IMG/VR virus record: IMGVR_UViG_3300036795_000069
Coordinates: 1-51,570 of that record
From: a virus
Lineage: Duplodnaviria > Caudoviricetes
DNA length: 51,570 bases
Direction: 5' to 3' (one strand)
Below are positions 51,444-51,570 of the stretch, in pieces. The first letter of the stretch is position 1, and each line of letters starts with the position of its first letter. Under the pieces are notes generated by a model. It was not told the origin of the DNA. It ran no database searches and worked only from the letters and a program-made list of their open reading frames with translations. The position numbers were made by a program, and so were the translations under genes.

Positions 51444-51570
51444 TAATTATACATCAACCGAAGCGTGGTCCGCAAGACCTACAAGCTAAAGCTTTGCTAA
51501 AATCAGTCTCGCTAGTGTCTCGGAGCTGGAGTTGATGTTGGTGTTGGTGTTGGTGTTGGTGTTGGTGTTG
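51444..51570. repeat. Terminal overlap identical to 1-127
   Basis: Exact match. Confidence 0.95.

Noticed and set aside
51444-51570. 127-bp direct terminal repeat as a biological DTR
   Set aside because: The length equals a standard assembler k-mer and it ends inside a microsatellite, so it is best read as circular overlap.

Overview
The window is a complete, circularised genome of a tailed siphophage. Bases 1-127 are identical to 51444-51570, giving a unit length of about 51,443 bp. The host is most likely an actinobacterium. No integrase or immunity repressor is recognisable, so the phage is probably lytic. The + strand (4.9-29.3 kb) carries a probable small terminase, a lysis cassette, tailspike/fibre genes, TerL, portal, a Mu-like protease/scaffold, capsid, tail, frameshifted chaperones, tape measure and baseplate. 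The - strand (29.5-51.4 kb, continuing to 0.1-4.6 kb) carries a RuvC-like resolvase, a UDG-PolA fusion, primase-helicase, SSB, an AAA recombinase, a Cas4-like nuclease, an SNF2 helicase and many small early genes. These are driven by a family of CTTG-N17/18-TATAAT promoters. Most notable: (1) a 7-deazaguanine DNA-modification cluster (queC, queD, queE, folE and a divergent TGT/DpdA-fold gene) interleaved with two MazG-superfamily pyrophosphatases and abutting the polymerase; (2) a 94-bp ungapped, helically phased element present in three dispersed copies, with dead LAGLIDADG/HNH proteins and three Xis/BldC-like HTH proteins as candidate binders; (3) a tRNA mimic with a 26-nt anticodon loop plus two T-arm/acceptor minihelices; (4) several structured intergenic RNA candidates; (5) two paralogous ~105-aa mini P-loop proteins resembling the terminase ATPase. 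All family assignments are from motif recognition by eye, not from database searches.
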